From Squalus acanthias (lineage: Eukaryota): DNA of 64,000 nucleotides. Made by a program: the position numbers and the translations under genes. The notes beneath the pieces are model-generated. The model was given only the letters and a program-made list of their open reading frames with translations, searched no databases and was not told where the DNA came from. Below, one piece after another: positions 1 to 14,200 of the stretch. Positions within the stretch are counted from its first letter, which is position 1. Every line of letters begins with the position of its first letter. Where the stretch lies: contig CM059432.1 in NCBI GenBank assembly GCA_030390025.1, forward strand, positions 131,690,001 through 131,754,000, given 5' to 3'.

Positions 1-147
1 CACTTTTAATCAGTGTTTAGCATTTGTGCTCTCAATTTTAGTAGTTTTCCAATTAAAAAAAAAAGACATGTTTAGCTATATATATACATATTTAAAAAAA
101 CTACATATTAGATTATTTCACACAATTTAAATTAAAATACATGTAAG

Positions 148-545
148 GGCTCCACAGTAGTTCAGTGAATAAATGATCAATTGTGCTGCTGAACCCATAA
201 AACCAGAAAGCTCCCAGGCTCGATCTCTGCTTATGTTGATCTTAAACGAGTCTGTGGTGTGGTGCCTCAGAGTCCCTGGACTACAGAGGAGACAAATTTG
301 AATGACTTTCTGATTGTTATTCAAAGACCCCCACCCCCCACACACCCGCCCCCTCTTTGTTGCTGGAAAGATGTTCACATGTAGACATCAAATCAAGACA
401 GGATTGGACTTAACTGGAATAGTTTCCCATCGTCAAATAGCTGCTGACACTTACAATTTGTGCTCACATATGAAGAATGGTTATTTGGGTGAGGCCCTGT
501 AGACTGCCGGCTTCCCTGCTACAGTACTGCCTTCAGGAGAGGAAG
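148..545 (+). mobile_element. Degenerate LF-SINE-like element
   Basis: tRNA-like head and ccag-ctcgatctctg motif; resembles the copies at 15070-15420 and 20885-21075; boundaries approximate. Confidence 0.4.
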
Positions 546-1233
546 GATAAAATGGGGGGGGAAATATAATTTGATCTTATAGTAATATTTTTTTTTATTC
601 GCTCACGGGATATGGGCATCACTGGCAAGGCCAGCATTTATTACCCATCTCTAATTGCCCTTGAGAAGGTGGTGATGACCCGTCTTCTTGAACAGCTGCA
701 GTCCTTGATACTTCTTTGTAGTGGTTTGGTACAACTGTGTGGCTTGCTAGGCCATTTCAGAGGGTAGTTAAGAGTATATTCAGAAAATATATTCAAGATT
801 TTTTTTTTTTTAAATTGTGCCAAGTCTTTATTTTTATCCCAGGTTCAACCACTTCCCTGTAGAGATCATCAACTGAGCTGATAGAACCAATAGTTGTTTA
901 CAGTTCAGAAGGTAGCTATTTGTCCCATTGTGTCTGTCAGCTATTTGCTGGAGTAGTCCAAACCTAAACCCATTGTCTCACTCTCTCCCCATAGCCTCTA
1001 TCTTCCTCTGCTTCAAATATTTATCTACTCCTTCCCCTTAAAAGATGTGATGGTCTCTGCCTCAGCCACTCCCTGATCTTTACAAGTTTTATCCGCATAG
1101 TTATTGAAATGCTGAAATCTAATCTGCCATTGTAAACATGTGACTGAGGAGTTTCAAACCATCAGGAGTTGCTCAATATATATTAGGAGTACTTGTGATC
1201 TGCATCCCGAGATGCTCAAAGAGACAAATCAAT

Positions 1234-1419
1234 GGGGTAGAAATTAGTTCTGGGCGCTAGCGGAAAACGGGCAGTATCGGATTGGCCCCCAGTTATACAC
1301 CCCGCCCGATATTCACTGCTATTCACTTTAATAGAATTGAATATCAAGCATTGTGTATAACAGGTGGTCGATGCGATGCTGCCCGTTTAGCACTATCGCA
1401 CAAGACAAATTTCTACCCC
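1234..1419. mobile_element. Foldback MITE (PIF/Harbinger-type)
   Basis: TIR GGGGTAGAAATT / AATTTCTACCCC, 3-bp TSD AAT on both sides, internally palindromic. Confidence 0.85.
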
Positions 1420-2216
1420 AATGTCCTTCTCTGTCCGTAACTTTTTAAATTCTAAGTGTGAAAAATAAAATTGGTATGAGAACTAAAAAAAATAGCTGTT
1501 ATCTATTTTTTTTGAACTAATTTTGAATTAAAACACTGGGATCTGCTTTATCATTGCAAAGTTTAATGTTTGACCTGTCTGATTTAAAACGAAACCCGTT
1601 TAGAAAAATTCCTGTCTACAATGAGATGAGTCAGCAAACAAAATCTAAAAATAAAAATGGACTGTGGTGATTATTAAGTAACTTACGATATGGATGCACT
1701 ATACATATACCAACAGACAAATATGAAATTTGGGTGCTAATATCAGTAGTTCAACAGTAAATTTGTACCTGCTGTAACCTGTGAATAGAAACATTTGTTA
1801 GTGACACCTTGAAATGATACAAAGGGACGACCAGCCTGTGTAGTATTGTGCTTGTAGTAAGATCATTCTTAATATGCAAGTTTGATTGAGTAGTTGCTTA
1901 GTATTGCAAATTAATATTTTAACATTGATTTTGGAGATTGTTGTTTCTAATTTTAAAGCAAAGTAAACGTAGAAAATCAGAATGAAAAGGAGAGAAATAG
2001 AGGAAGAATTGGATAAATAAAGGAAGTGGATTACTGCAATAGATAGAGAGGAAGTAAATAGAACTCAGAAAATGGCCTCGCTGCGAATGTCTACTGGCCG
2101 AGTTTGAGTATTCACATGTAAAATGATGAATATCTTGTTTGCTGGGATGAAACACTGTGGTTACAAGATATGCCTTTGTACATTATTCATGGGTTCTATC
2201 ATTTTATGTTTTCTAG

Positions 2217-2270
2217 GGTGAGGAAGGCGAAGAAGGTTCTAATGGAGATCTGGGTTACTCAGGAGCTATG
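2217..2270 (+). CDS. Collagen exon, 54 bp ([18 protein letters not shown])
   Basis: ttctag| acceptor, 6 Gly-X-Y triplets, |gtacac donor. Confidence 0.93.
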
Positions 2271-5200
2271 GTACACACGAATCCCTTTGTTGAAAGATGC
2301 TAAAAAAAATGTTGAAGAATGCTCTCCTTATATTGTGTGAAAGCTTAAAATAAAACTCTTTTCGGATTATAGGGTGTTCCTGGTCCGTATGGAGTGCAAG
2401 GTGTGCCTGGAGAACAAGGGGAAAAGGTACTGAGAAAATATTGTACATAAACAAAAAAGACCAAAGATTATGGGTGCCAACTTGTGCAAGACTTTGGACA
2501 AGCATGACTGAGGGCCTTTGGTGCATGTATGGGGAATGAGTTATCAGTGGATTCAAAGTTACCATGCTTTGTGCAACTAGAGAGACATAGAACAACTCTT
2601 AACCCACAATTCCAAAACACTCATGATTGAACAGTGAGGGTCCCAGTATCCCATCATAACCAATTGTGATTGATAGGTGTGGTTAGGGAACTACAGACAT
2701 TTTTCATATATTGAAAATTAGCAATGTCGTTAAAAGCAAATTCATTAAAAGAATTATTTAAAATATTTGGTGTATTTAGAATGAGTTAAGGATAGCATTA
2801 AGTTCTGATGCATCTTTTCCACTTCAGAGAGAATTGATAACTCACTTGCGACTTCCTGTGAATCCCACTTTTGGAGATGTTTATTATGTCTCTGTACTGG
2901 CTGTAATGTAGCCAGTATTATGTTACAAGGAAAATATATATGTGTGTGTGTGTAATATATAGTGAAATAACAATTCTATTTTCCTTAGTTTGCTAATTTT
3001 AGTGAAAAGAAAACAGACATGAGCATAAAGTAGAGAATGTCCATGCCTACTTTAGCCTAAAATGAGTAATCCCAATATTATTCTTTGGCCTCTGTTCCCA
3101 CACATTCCTGATATGAAAATGCCAAAGTTCACAACTTCGTGCGGCTTTTTAATATGATAAAATAGAGTAAAAGTTAAACTTTGAAACAAACAATATAAAA
3201 ATTGTTGATGAATAATTCTCTTCATCTAACATCTTTAACGAAGAAAAATGCTCCAAGTGCTTTATAGAGTGAAAAACTGGAGAAAAAAAAGAAACGGACT
3301 ACTCTTGCATTCCAACATGCTTTTTTAAGAATAACTTTATTAATTACTTTGGTCACGTCAGAAAAAAGCTTATGAAGCCAAATTAATTGTAAGTTCTCAT
3401 TATGACCCATTATTAACTAATGTCCCTTGTATGTAGCACCAGATACATACTTACATGGGGACAAGAAGTTAATGCTGCAGTTTTACTGAGCTATCAATCT
3501 GAGACCAGTAGCTGCAGAGCATTTTTCACAGTGAGCAAAACCTGACTGGATTGGTGGTGGGTCGGGTGGGAATTTTGATTTTATTTTTAACAGCGGGCCA
3601 GGAACCCGCTGTCATCCCGCCACAACATGCCTTTCCCTATGGCGCGTCTGTGATCTCAGATCGGACCCGACCCGCAGAGGCGGGCGACCCAATTAAAGCA
3701 ATTATTGGCTTGTTGACAGACCCTTAATAATGGATTTAACCTTACCGTTTAACTTTAACTGCTCACCCAGCGTGGACCACGTCTGTTAACCTGAGGCGGG
3801 AGTTGAATGGCCATTGAATCAGCTGATTAGTTGACAGCTTGAAATGTATTATAAAAGCTCCCACCTCACAGCTGTTCACTTTCCAAGCGCAGAAGCTGTT
3901 GCTTACTCCATTTGGAAGACAGATTGAGCTTTATGCAGGCTGCAAATGTTTGGAGCAAACTCTCTATCCAGTGTCACCTCATTGGAACAACCTCTCTCAC
4001 CATTAACAGATTGCTTCTGTCATCTCAACTTCACCTGCCATCTATTCCATCAGCATGAGTACTGTTTATACTGTTTCACCTTGGTCCTCAGAATCTGACC
4101 ATGATCATCCCCAATACCAGCAGCACCAGGCACACCAGCAGCACCAACAACACCACCAACCTTCTCCGCAATCACCTGATACTGCACAGGACAGAGGGCA
4201 TCAGCACCTGACCACATTGCTGCCCAGGAGGGCAGCGATGGCCTCACCATAGCCAGATATACTTCACTTGATGCTGTACACCCTGGCTGCCACATAATGC
4301 ACCAGGTTGGCACCATCCCACACCAACACCATAAAGCATCCCTACAATGTCCAAGCCATTCCTTTCACACTCATCACCATTGTGGAGGGTACCGTTATGT
4401 CTCACCATTCACTGCAACTCACTAAGCCACTTTCAAAGGTGCACACAAATCTGTCCAAGAATGCAAAGTGTTGAAAGTAAAGGTTTCAATGTTTGACAGC
4501 ACATTAACAGAAACTTTACATGAACATTGGATAAAACACCCAAGTGGCTACCCTTGTGTGTTGCTAGTTGGTATGATTGCACTAGGATGAGGGTGAGTGT
4601 GAGGGGTGGCTAGTGAGATGGGGATGTAATATAGTAGATAGATAGAGAGGGATGGGTGGAGGTGCAAGGTAAGTTGGTGTGAGTATGGATGTGCAGGAGT
4701 AGGGTAGGGAAGGCAAAGTGATGGGGATGTGATGAGAGGCACAGCAGGATGAAGGTGAGTATGGCTTTGTACTCACATTTCCTGATCTAATGAGATAATT
4801 GAAAGGTTTGCGTCACTGCACCCAGATCCTCCTGACGACATCCCTGCTTGTGACCTCCTCTGCAGTGTGCAACCAGGCTGTCTTGGTCACCTGGGGAGGT
4901 CTATTGGAAGGGAAGAGGACCTCCCTGCGTGCTCTGAATCCCTCCATAAGCATATGGAGGGAGTCATGGGAGAACCTGGGTGCAGCCCTGAACCTCTCTG
5001 CAGTGATTGTCAGTGTTTGCAGCACTTCAATGCTGTAGAACACTGGCAGCACAAACGTCAACAGTAAGGTGGCCATGGTCCCTTTAAGGAAACCGGCTCA
5101 GACGCGTCATGAATGACATCACCAGACCTGCTCCATCTAATTGCGCTGGGAAATGCGCTGGGCAGGCTTAACAAGCCCCATTGAGGCAAGCTCATTTTAG

Positions 5201-8200
5201 GCAACAGGATGGAGCCAGCAGCGGGGTCATGACCCGCCACCTTTGCTGGGTCCTTTGCTGTTTGTAGTGTACATTAATGATTTAGATATGAATGTAGGAG
5301 GTATGATCAGTAAGTTCGCAGATGACACGAAAAATTGGTGGAGTGGTAAATATCGAGGAGGGAAGCCTGAGGCTACAGGATGATATAGACGGGTTGGTCA
5401 GATGGGCAGAACAGTGGCAAATGGAATTTAACCCTGAAAAGTGTGAGGTGATGCATTTTGGGAGGACTAACAAGGCAAGGGAATACAGAATGAATGGTAG
5501 GACCCTAGGAAGGACAGAGGATCAGAGGGACCTTGGTGTGCATGTGCATAGATCCCTGAAGGCAGCAGGACAGGTAGATAAGGTGGTTAAAAAGGCATAT
5601 GGGATACTTGCCTTCATTAGCCGAGGCATAGAATATAAGAGCAGGGAAGTTATGATGGAGCTGTACAAAACGCTAGTTAGGCCACAGCTGGAATACTGTG
5701 TGCCGTTCTGGTCGCCACACTATAGGAGGGATGTGATTGCATTGGAGCGGGTGCAGAGGAGATTCACCAGGATGTTACCTGGGCTGGAGTGCTTCAGCTA
5801 TGAAGAGAGACTGGACAGGCTGGGGTTGTTTTCCTTAGAGCAGAGAAGGCTGAGGGGGGACCTGATTGAGGTGTACAAAATTATGAGGGGCATAGATAGG
5901 GTAGATAGAAAGGAACTTTTCCCCTTAGTAGAGGGGTCAATAACCAGGGGGCATAGTTTCAAGGTAAGGGGCAGGAGGTTTAGAGGGGATTTGAGGAAAA
6001 ACTTTTTCACCCAGAGGGTGGTTGGAATCTGGAACTCACTGCCTGAAAGTGTGGTAGAGGCAGGAACCCTCAACATTCAAGAAGCATTTAGATGAGCACT
6101 TGAAACGCCATAGCATACAAGGCTACGGACCAAGTGCTGGAAAATGGGATTAGAATAGACAGGGCTTGATGGCCGGCGTGGACACGATGGGCCGAAGGGC
6201 CTCTTTCTGTGCTGTATAACTCTATGACACCGGCCTGCACAAGACCTGCCTAGGTGAGCAAAATCTCGGCCCTGCTGTGAGCTGAGGAAACACCCTGTGG
6301 GTGTTGGGAGAGAGACCTGAACATGTGTATTTACAGTGCCAACAGGCTATGGACAGAATAGTGAGACATGGGTTTGTGCTCAAGATTCTTATGACAAATT
6401 ATTTTCTTACCTGCATCATCTTGGAAGGGTGCCAGACAAAAGGCAGGGACTTCCACACAGAGATGGAAAGAAACTCCGAGGTAGAGCCACCCATATACAT
6501 CTCCGAGTGGTATTGGCAGAGCCTTGGGAGCAGGTTGCCATTTGTGCTGATTACCTGAGAGATTATGTGACATGAATCAAGGAATATGGGGATAGGGCGG
6601 GAAAGTGAAGTTGAAGTGGAAGATCAGCCATGATCTTATTGAATGACGGAGCAGACTCGAAGGGCCATATGGCCTACTCCTGCTCCTAATTCTTATGTTC
6701 AAGAAAGGCCAAGAAAGGGAAAAGGGAAAAATATAACTTTTTAGACTCTCGATTTTTCATAGTATAATTGGCACCACATCCACCACCTTAAACAGTCACT
6801 CCCTCCACCACCGCGCACCGTGGCTGCAGTGTGTACCATCTACAAGATGCACTGCAGCAACTCGCCAAGGCTTCTTTGGCAGCACCTCCCAAACCGGAGA
6901 ACTCTGCCACCTAGAAGGACAAGGGCAGCAGGCGCATGGGAACACCATCACCTCCAAGTTCCCCTCCAAGTTACACACCATCCTGACTTGGAAGTATATC
7001 GCCGTTCCTTCATCGTCACTGGGTCAAAATCCTGGAACTCCCTCCCTAACAGCACTGTGGGAGTATCTTCACCACACGGGCTGCAGCGGTTCAAGAAGGC
7101 GGCTCACCAGCACCTTCTCAAGGGCAATTAGGGATGGGCAATCAATACTGGCCTTGCCAGCAACGCCCACATCCCATGAAAGATATTATACTCTAATCTG
7201 TCTAGGTGAAAGTTTGTTAATTTATTTCAATGAAAAGAAAATAATATTGTTCTGAAGAGATATTGGGAGTCATTTTCAATTTAGTGTAAAATTTACAGGT
7301 CAGACGCCCATTATAAAACCGTTTGATTATCCTCTCCATTGATTTCAATAACGGGCACTAACCCACAACCATTGGTTTTAGTCTCCAGAGGTCATTTGAA
7401 AATGACCTCCATTGTTCTGTAGATCTTTGGAGAAGTTTACTTTGTAAAAATGCATTCTAATTTATACGTTGAGAGCATAAATAATGCAATGTGGTATCAA
7501 ATAGTGAGATAAATCTTTCAATGACTATACATTGTAGGGCGCTGTTGGATTCCCAGGACCACAAGGGGAACCAGGACCTAAGGGTGAAATTGTAAGTATC
7601 TCAATGTGCATTATTATCAATTATGTCAAAATCTTATTAACATTTACTTTAGTTATAGTATGAGAGCAGCAATGTTTAAGAAACTGTACAGTAATTTTAA
7701 AATTTATTTTAAGGCCGATATTGGAAGAACTGGTGAAGAAGGCAGTGCTGGTTCCCTTGGTGAAGTGGTAAGTATTACTTCAAAGAATGATCAGTTCAAA
7801 ATAAATGAATGCTTCACCCAAGAATTCCAAAGCAACAAGTTCTACTAAAAGCTTTACGGATTATTTGAAAGTTATTCGTGAGACTAGTTGGAAGATAATG
7901 GAGTTAATTGCTAAATTAATTGTATTTGTTGTTTACAACAGGGTTCTCCAGGAAACCCAGGCCCACCAGGACCGCCAGGTATCATGGGAATAAAGGTGAT
8001 TTCCAACATATTATTGTCTTTTGTTTTTGAACAGCATTCTGAAGGTAAACTATATAGAGGAAATAGATCCAGAATATTACTTTAAAGTAAGCCAGGTGGG
8101 TAGGACATGATCACATAAATTTTAATTAGTGTAAACAAGTTTACAGTAGATATTGGAAAGAGAGGTGTACCTTTTTCTCTGAAAGATAGTGGAAGCAAAA

Positions 8201-11200
8201 ACATTAGGAATGTTCAAAATGGAGCTGGATACTATGAGAGTTAGGGTACTATAGGTCTGGATACTATGAGAGTTAGGGTACTATAGGTCTGGATACTATG
8301 AGAGTTAGGGTACTATAGGTCTGGATACTATGAGAGTTAGGGTACTATAGGGCTGGATACTATGAGAGTTAGGGTATTATAGGTCTGGGTACTGTGAGAG
8401 TTAGGGTACTATAGGTCTGGATACTATGAGAGTTAGGGTACTATAGGTCTGGATACTATGAGAGTTAGGGTACTATAGGTCTGGATATTATGAGAGTTAG
8501 GGTACTCTCGGGCTGGATACTATGAGGTTAGGGTACTATAGGTCTGGGTACTATAGGTCTGGGTACTATGAGAGTTAGGGTATTATTGGTCTGGGTACTA
8601 TGAGAGTTAGGGTACTAAAGGTCTGGGTACTATGAGAGTTAGGGTATTATAGGTCTGGATACTATGAGAGTTAGGGTATTATAGGTCTGGATATTATGAG
8701 AGTTAGGGTACTCTCGGGCTGGATACTGTGAGAGTTAGGGTACTAGTGGTCTGGGTACTATGAGAGTTAGGGTACTATAGGACTGGATATTATGAGAGTT
8801 AGGGTACTATAGGTCTGGATATTATGAGAGTTAGGGTATTATAGGTCTGGATATTATGAGAGTTAGGGTACTATAGGTCTGGATACTATGAGAGTTAGGG
8901 TACTCTCGGGCTGGATACTGTGAGAGTTAGGGTATTATAGGTCTGGATATTATGAGAGTTAGGGTATTATAGGTCTGGATATTATGAGAGTTAGGGTCCT
9001 ATTGGTCTGGGTACTATGAGAGTTAGAGTACTCTCGGGCTGGATACTGTGAGAGTTAGGGTACTATAGGGCTGGATACTATGGGAGTTAGGGTCCTATTG
9101 GTCTGGGTACTATGAGAGTTAGGGTACTATAGGGCTGGATACTATGAGAGTTAGGGTACTCTCGGGCTGGATACTATGGGAGTTAGGGTCCTATTGGTCT
9201 GGATACTATGAGAGTTAGGGTACTCTCGGGCTGGATACTGTGAGAGTTAGGGTACTATAGGGCTGGATACTATGGGAGTTAGGGTACAATAGGGCTGGAT
9301 ACTATGGGAGTTAGGGTCCTATGGAGCTGGGTACTGTGAGAGTTAGGGTACTGGAGGGATATGCTTCAATGTGCCTAATGGTTTTTCTTGTCCTTGATTT
9401 TCCTATGTCCCGGAATTGTTAACTTTTCTTTGTATCTCCAAATGTGACAGGGATTCCCTGGTGATCCTGGATTCTCAGGAGATATGGGGGAGCCAGGAAT
9501 TATGGTAAACTCTTACAATCCCAAACTAAATTCTCAAATGATAAATTTACAAGAGTATGTCAACTATTTTAATATTGTGGTTTTTTCTTTTTTATTCCAC
9601 TGAAATCTATTATGCAGTTATTAACCAAAAAATGTGTGATTGAGACATTTAAAACAATGAGGAGAGTAGGTAAAGCAAATTCTGTGAAAGGAGTCAGAAT
9701 TATAGAGCAATAGGAGATGCTTTCATAATTAAGAGGCCACGAACCATATAGGAAATTGGACTAAATCACTCGTTACAGTTTACTTGAGAAAATTTGCAGG
9801 GCTCTGGGGAGTGGGACTAATTGGAAAGCTCTTTCAAAGAGCCGGCACAGGCACGATGGGCCAATTGGCCTCCTTCTGCGCTGTAAGATTCTATGATTTT
9901 ATGAATAACCTGCTGGATCTGTATAGTTTTCCAAGAGGGAACTTAACAGATTTGCTAAAACCTTAAATTTGGGACAATATGATAGATTAGTTCATATGCA
10001 TGTGCCTAACTATTTGAAAGTAGTATCAGAAACAATACTGGGGGACAGTTATTTATATAAGCTTTTTACTTGGATGTACATATGTTTGCATGCACTGTAA
10101 AAAATTTATAATTACATAGGACAAATATCATGGAAATAAGTAGAAGAAAATTAGAGCTTAAAAGAAAAGATACTCTCCCTCCACCACCGGCGCACCGTGG
10201 CTACAGTGTGTACCATCTACAAGATGCACTGTGGCAACACGCCAAGACTTCATTGCCAGCACCTCCCAAACACGTGACCTCTACCACCTAGAAGGACAAG
10301 GGCAGCAGTTGCAGGGAAACACCACCACCTGTAAGTTCCCCTCCAAGTCACACACCTTCCTGACTTGGAACTATATCGTCGTTCCTTCATCGAGTTGGTT
10401 CACAATCATGGAACCCCCTCCCTAACAGCACTGTGGGAGCAATGTTCCCCCTAATTTTTTGGGGGTGCATGGTCCCTTTAACGGGCTGCGTGGCCCATTC
10501 AAAATTTAGCGCATCTCCCATTGAAAGGCCGGTAACCGGCCTGCGCAGGACCTCCAGACAGCTGCGCAGCTTAGTGGGAACGTTGTGCGGGAGTACCTTC
10601 ACCACACAGACTGCAGCGGTTCAAGAAGGCAACTCACCACCACCCTCTCAAGGGCAATTAGGGATGGGCAATAAATACTGGCCTTGCCAGCGAGGCCCAC
10701 ATCCTATAATTGAATAAATAAAAAATAAAAAAATACCATTAGTAATTTTTCTATTTAACAAAATTACATAATGGTAGATGATGTCATATTTTAAAAACAT
10801 AACCACAATTTGTGTAAAATCATAAAGATATTGCAAAACTTTTACTTTTTGCTAACTGAGATGTTATCATCTGCTATTGCAGCTTTTAAACACATTTTTC
10901 ACAAAGTCTATTGTTCTATCACTTGGTAAATGAAAGCTTATGTTCAGTCCTAAAGCAGGATGGCCTTGTTCCCACAACTGAATTTTCAGAATCCAATGTA
11001 TATTGGGGACAGAAATGTTCCAGTTTTTTGTCTTTGTGGGCTGCTTAGGGGCACGCCATAAAGTCCACAGGTCAAAGTTCAAGTATTCCCACTAAATTGC
11101 ATAAACCTCAAGCTTTGGATGCTAGCAGGTCTTGGAGTTCAGACTTGGGACTTACTCACCAATCAGGCAGCAGCACTAAGAACAGTCCTTACAGAACATC

Positions 11201-14200
11201 CAGGCCCATGAAATCCAAATAGGATAAATGAATAAGAAATATAAGTTTTTTTTAAATTTCGTTTATGGAATGTGGGCGTCGCTGGCAAGGCCAGCATTTA
11301 TTGCCCATCACTAATTGCCCTTGAGAAGGTGGTGGTGAGCCGCTGCCTTGAACCGCTGCAGTCCATGTGGTGAAGGTACTCCCACAGTGCTGTTAGGGAG
11401 GGAGTTCCAGGATTTTGATCCAGCGACGATGAAGGATCGGCGATATACAGCTAAGTCAGGATGGTGTGTGACTTGGAGGGGATCTTGGAGGTGGTGGTGT
11501 TCCCATGTGCCTGCTGCCCTTGTCCTTCTAGGTGGTAGAGGTCGCGGGTTTGGGAGGTGCTGCCGAAGATGCCTTGGTGAGTTGCTGCAGTGCATCTTGT
11601 AGATGGTACACACTGCAGCCACGGTACACCGGTAGTGGAAGGAGTGAATGTTTAAGGTGGTGGATGGGGTACCAATCAAGCAGGCTGCTTTGTCCTGGAT
11701 GGTGTTGAGCTTCTTGAGTGTTGTTGGAGCTGCACTCATTCAGGCAAGTGGAGAGTATTCCATCACACTCCTTACTTCTGCCTTGTAGATGGTGGAAAGG
11801 CTTTGAGGAGTCAGGAGGTGAGACACTTGCCGCAGAATACCTAGCCTCTGACCTGCTCTTGTTGCCACAGTATTTATGTGGCTGGTCCAGTTAAAAGTTT
11901 CTGGTCAATGGTGACCCCCCAAGATGTTGATGGTGGAGGATTCGGCGATGGTAATGCCGTTGCATGTCAAGGGGCGGTGGTTAGACTCTCGCTTGTTGGA
12001 GATAATCATTGCCTGGCACTTGTGTGGCGCAAATGTTACCTGCCACATATCAGCCCAAGCCTGAACGTCGTCCAGGTCTTGTTGCATGCGGGCATGGACT
12101 GCTTCATTATCTGAGGAGTTTTGAATGGCACTGAACACTGTGCAGTCATCAGCGAACATCCCCATAAGTGCATATAGAACAGAGTTGCTAGGACATCTTT
12201 GGACCACATTACCAGGGCTTGTGGCCCCATGGATTTTGTTTAGACACCCCAGTATTAGACTGCCTGCTATTTTTGATCTGACCTTAATTTAAGTGTCCTA
12301 TAATACAAGATTGGAAAAGCAGCTTTTGGCAGCATAGCTGAATGTGTGAAGGTATGGAACTCTATTTGGTAAACTTTATTTTTGTAAAAGGGGATTGGAT
12401 AATATACACTTGCGTTTATAAATTTGAAACCTTGCCATCAGTATCTTGGTAAATGGTTAACAATTCTGGCCCTGTATAGGCAATATCGACTCCTTACAAA
12501 AGCAAGGAAGTTATGATGAACCTTTATAAAACACTGGTTCGGCCTCAACTGGAGTATTGTGTCCAATTCTGGGCACCACACTTTAGGAAGGATGTGAATG
12601 CCTTGGAGAAGGTGCAGAAAAGATTTACAAGAATGGTTCCAGGGATGAGGGACTTCAGTTATGTGGATAGATTGGAGAAGCTGGGGTTGTTCTCCTTGGA
12701 GCAGAGAAGGTTGAGAGGAGATTTGATAGAGGTGTTCAAAATCATGAGGGGTCTAGACAGAGTAGATAGAGAGAAACTGTTCCCATTGGCGGAAGGGTCG
12801 AGAACCAGAGGACACAGATTTAAGGTAATTGGCAGAAGAACCAAAGGTGACATGAGAAAAAACTTTTTTACGCAGCGAGTGGTTATGATCTGGAATGCAC
12901 TGCCTGAAAGGGTGGTGGAGGCAGATCGTGGCTTTCAAAAGGGAATTGTATAAGTACCTGAAGGAAAAAAATTTGCAGGGCTACGGGGAAAAGACGGGGA
13001 AGTGGGACTAGCTGAAGTGCTCTTACAGAGAGCCGGCACGGGCTGAATGGCCTCCTGTGCTGTAGCCATTCAGTGATTCTATTATTAACTCCCACCAGCT
13101 GCACTGCTATAATTAGTATACAACTTACTTGGTTACAGTAGGGATAATATATACAACTGTTCACATTTTTTCAGACAGCAGGTGCTGGTAACGATTCTGC
13201 TGTTGTCATTTCCAGCTCCTTTGGACCCAGCTTTTGATTCTTTACTTGTCCCATTACCATCTCTTTTTGCCTTGCACAATCATCCCTTTTGTCATTTAAT
13301 CTCTCTTGCCTTCCACCCTATCACAGACCTTCCCTTTTGTTCTTTCCTCCCCCACCCCTTTCCCAGCCTCTGTACTTGCTTAAAACCTGTTACATCTCTA
13401 ATTTATTCCAGTTCTGATGAAAGGTCATCGACCTGAAACGTTAACTTGGTTTCTCTCTCTGCAGATGCTGCTTGACCTGCTGAGTATTTCCAGCATTTCC
13501 TGTTTTATTTTATTATACAGCCTACTCAGCTTAGATCAGACAATACAATTAAAACTGGCTAAACTATACACCTTCAAGACCAATGCATCTGATAGTTGAG
13601 TGCAGGTTTGATGGTGAGATAAATCGCTGTTAATATTACTAACATCTACATTGAGTGCAGCAGAGTAAGTGATTTATGTCTCCTGTACAACTGATATACA
13701 TCTCTCTGCATGAATGCGGTGATAGAGGTATCAGTGGTAAGTTTTACATAATGTACACGGTGTGTGATTGCATCAGTTTGTTTTTTAATGACTGGCAAAA
13801 GACTGTTTTTATGAGAATTTACTGACACGTAGAATGTTATTTTACCCTATTCTTGTAGGGCTATTCAGGACCAATAGGACATAAAGGAATTCCAGGCAGA
13901 AAGGTAAATGCGTAGTTTTTGGTACTGAGTTATTAATATTTATGTGCCATGGATCTAAAACCAATTTTTTTATACGTCTTCCTTCAGGGTTCAGTTGGAT
14001 TTGCTGGAATCCCTGGTAGTGATGGTGTGCCAGGTGATGATGTAAGTTGAAGTTGACTAGAAGCAATATTTTAAACAACCGATATTAAAAGAAAATGTAC
14101 AGCTGAGAAAAAAAAACTTCAAATGATCCTGGTTATTCGATTTCAGGGCCCTCTGGGAGTACGGGGATTACAAGGTGAAACCGGACAAATGGGAGCAAAG

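Noticed and set aside
4055..4252. Gln/His-rich small protein
   Set aside because: Lies within a deleted Harbinger; likely the low-complexity transposase N-terminus cut off by the deletion.
8224..9352. CRISPR array or true interstitial telomere
   Set aside because: Units are contiguous with no unique spacers, there are no cas genes and the context is eukaryotic; TTAGGG is never tandem.
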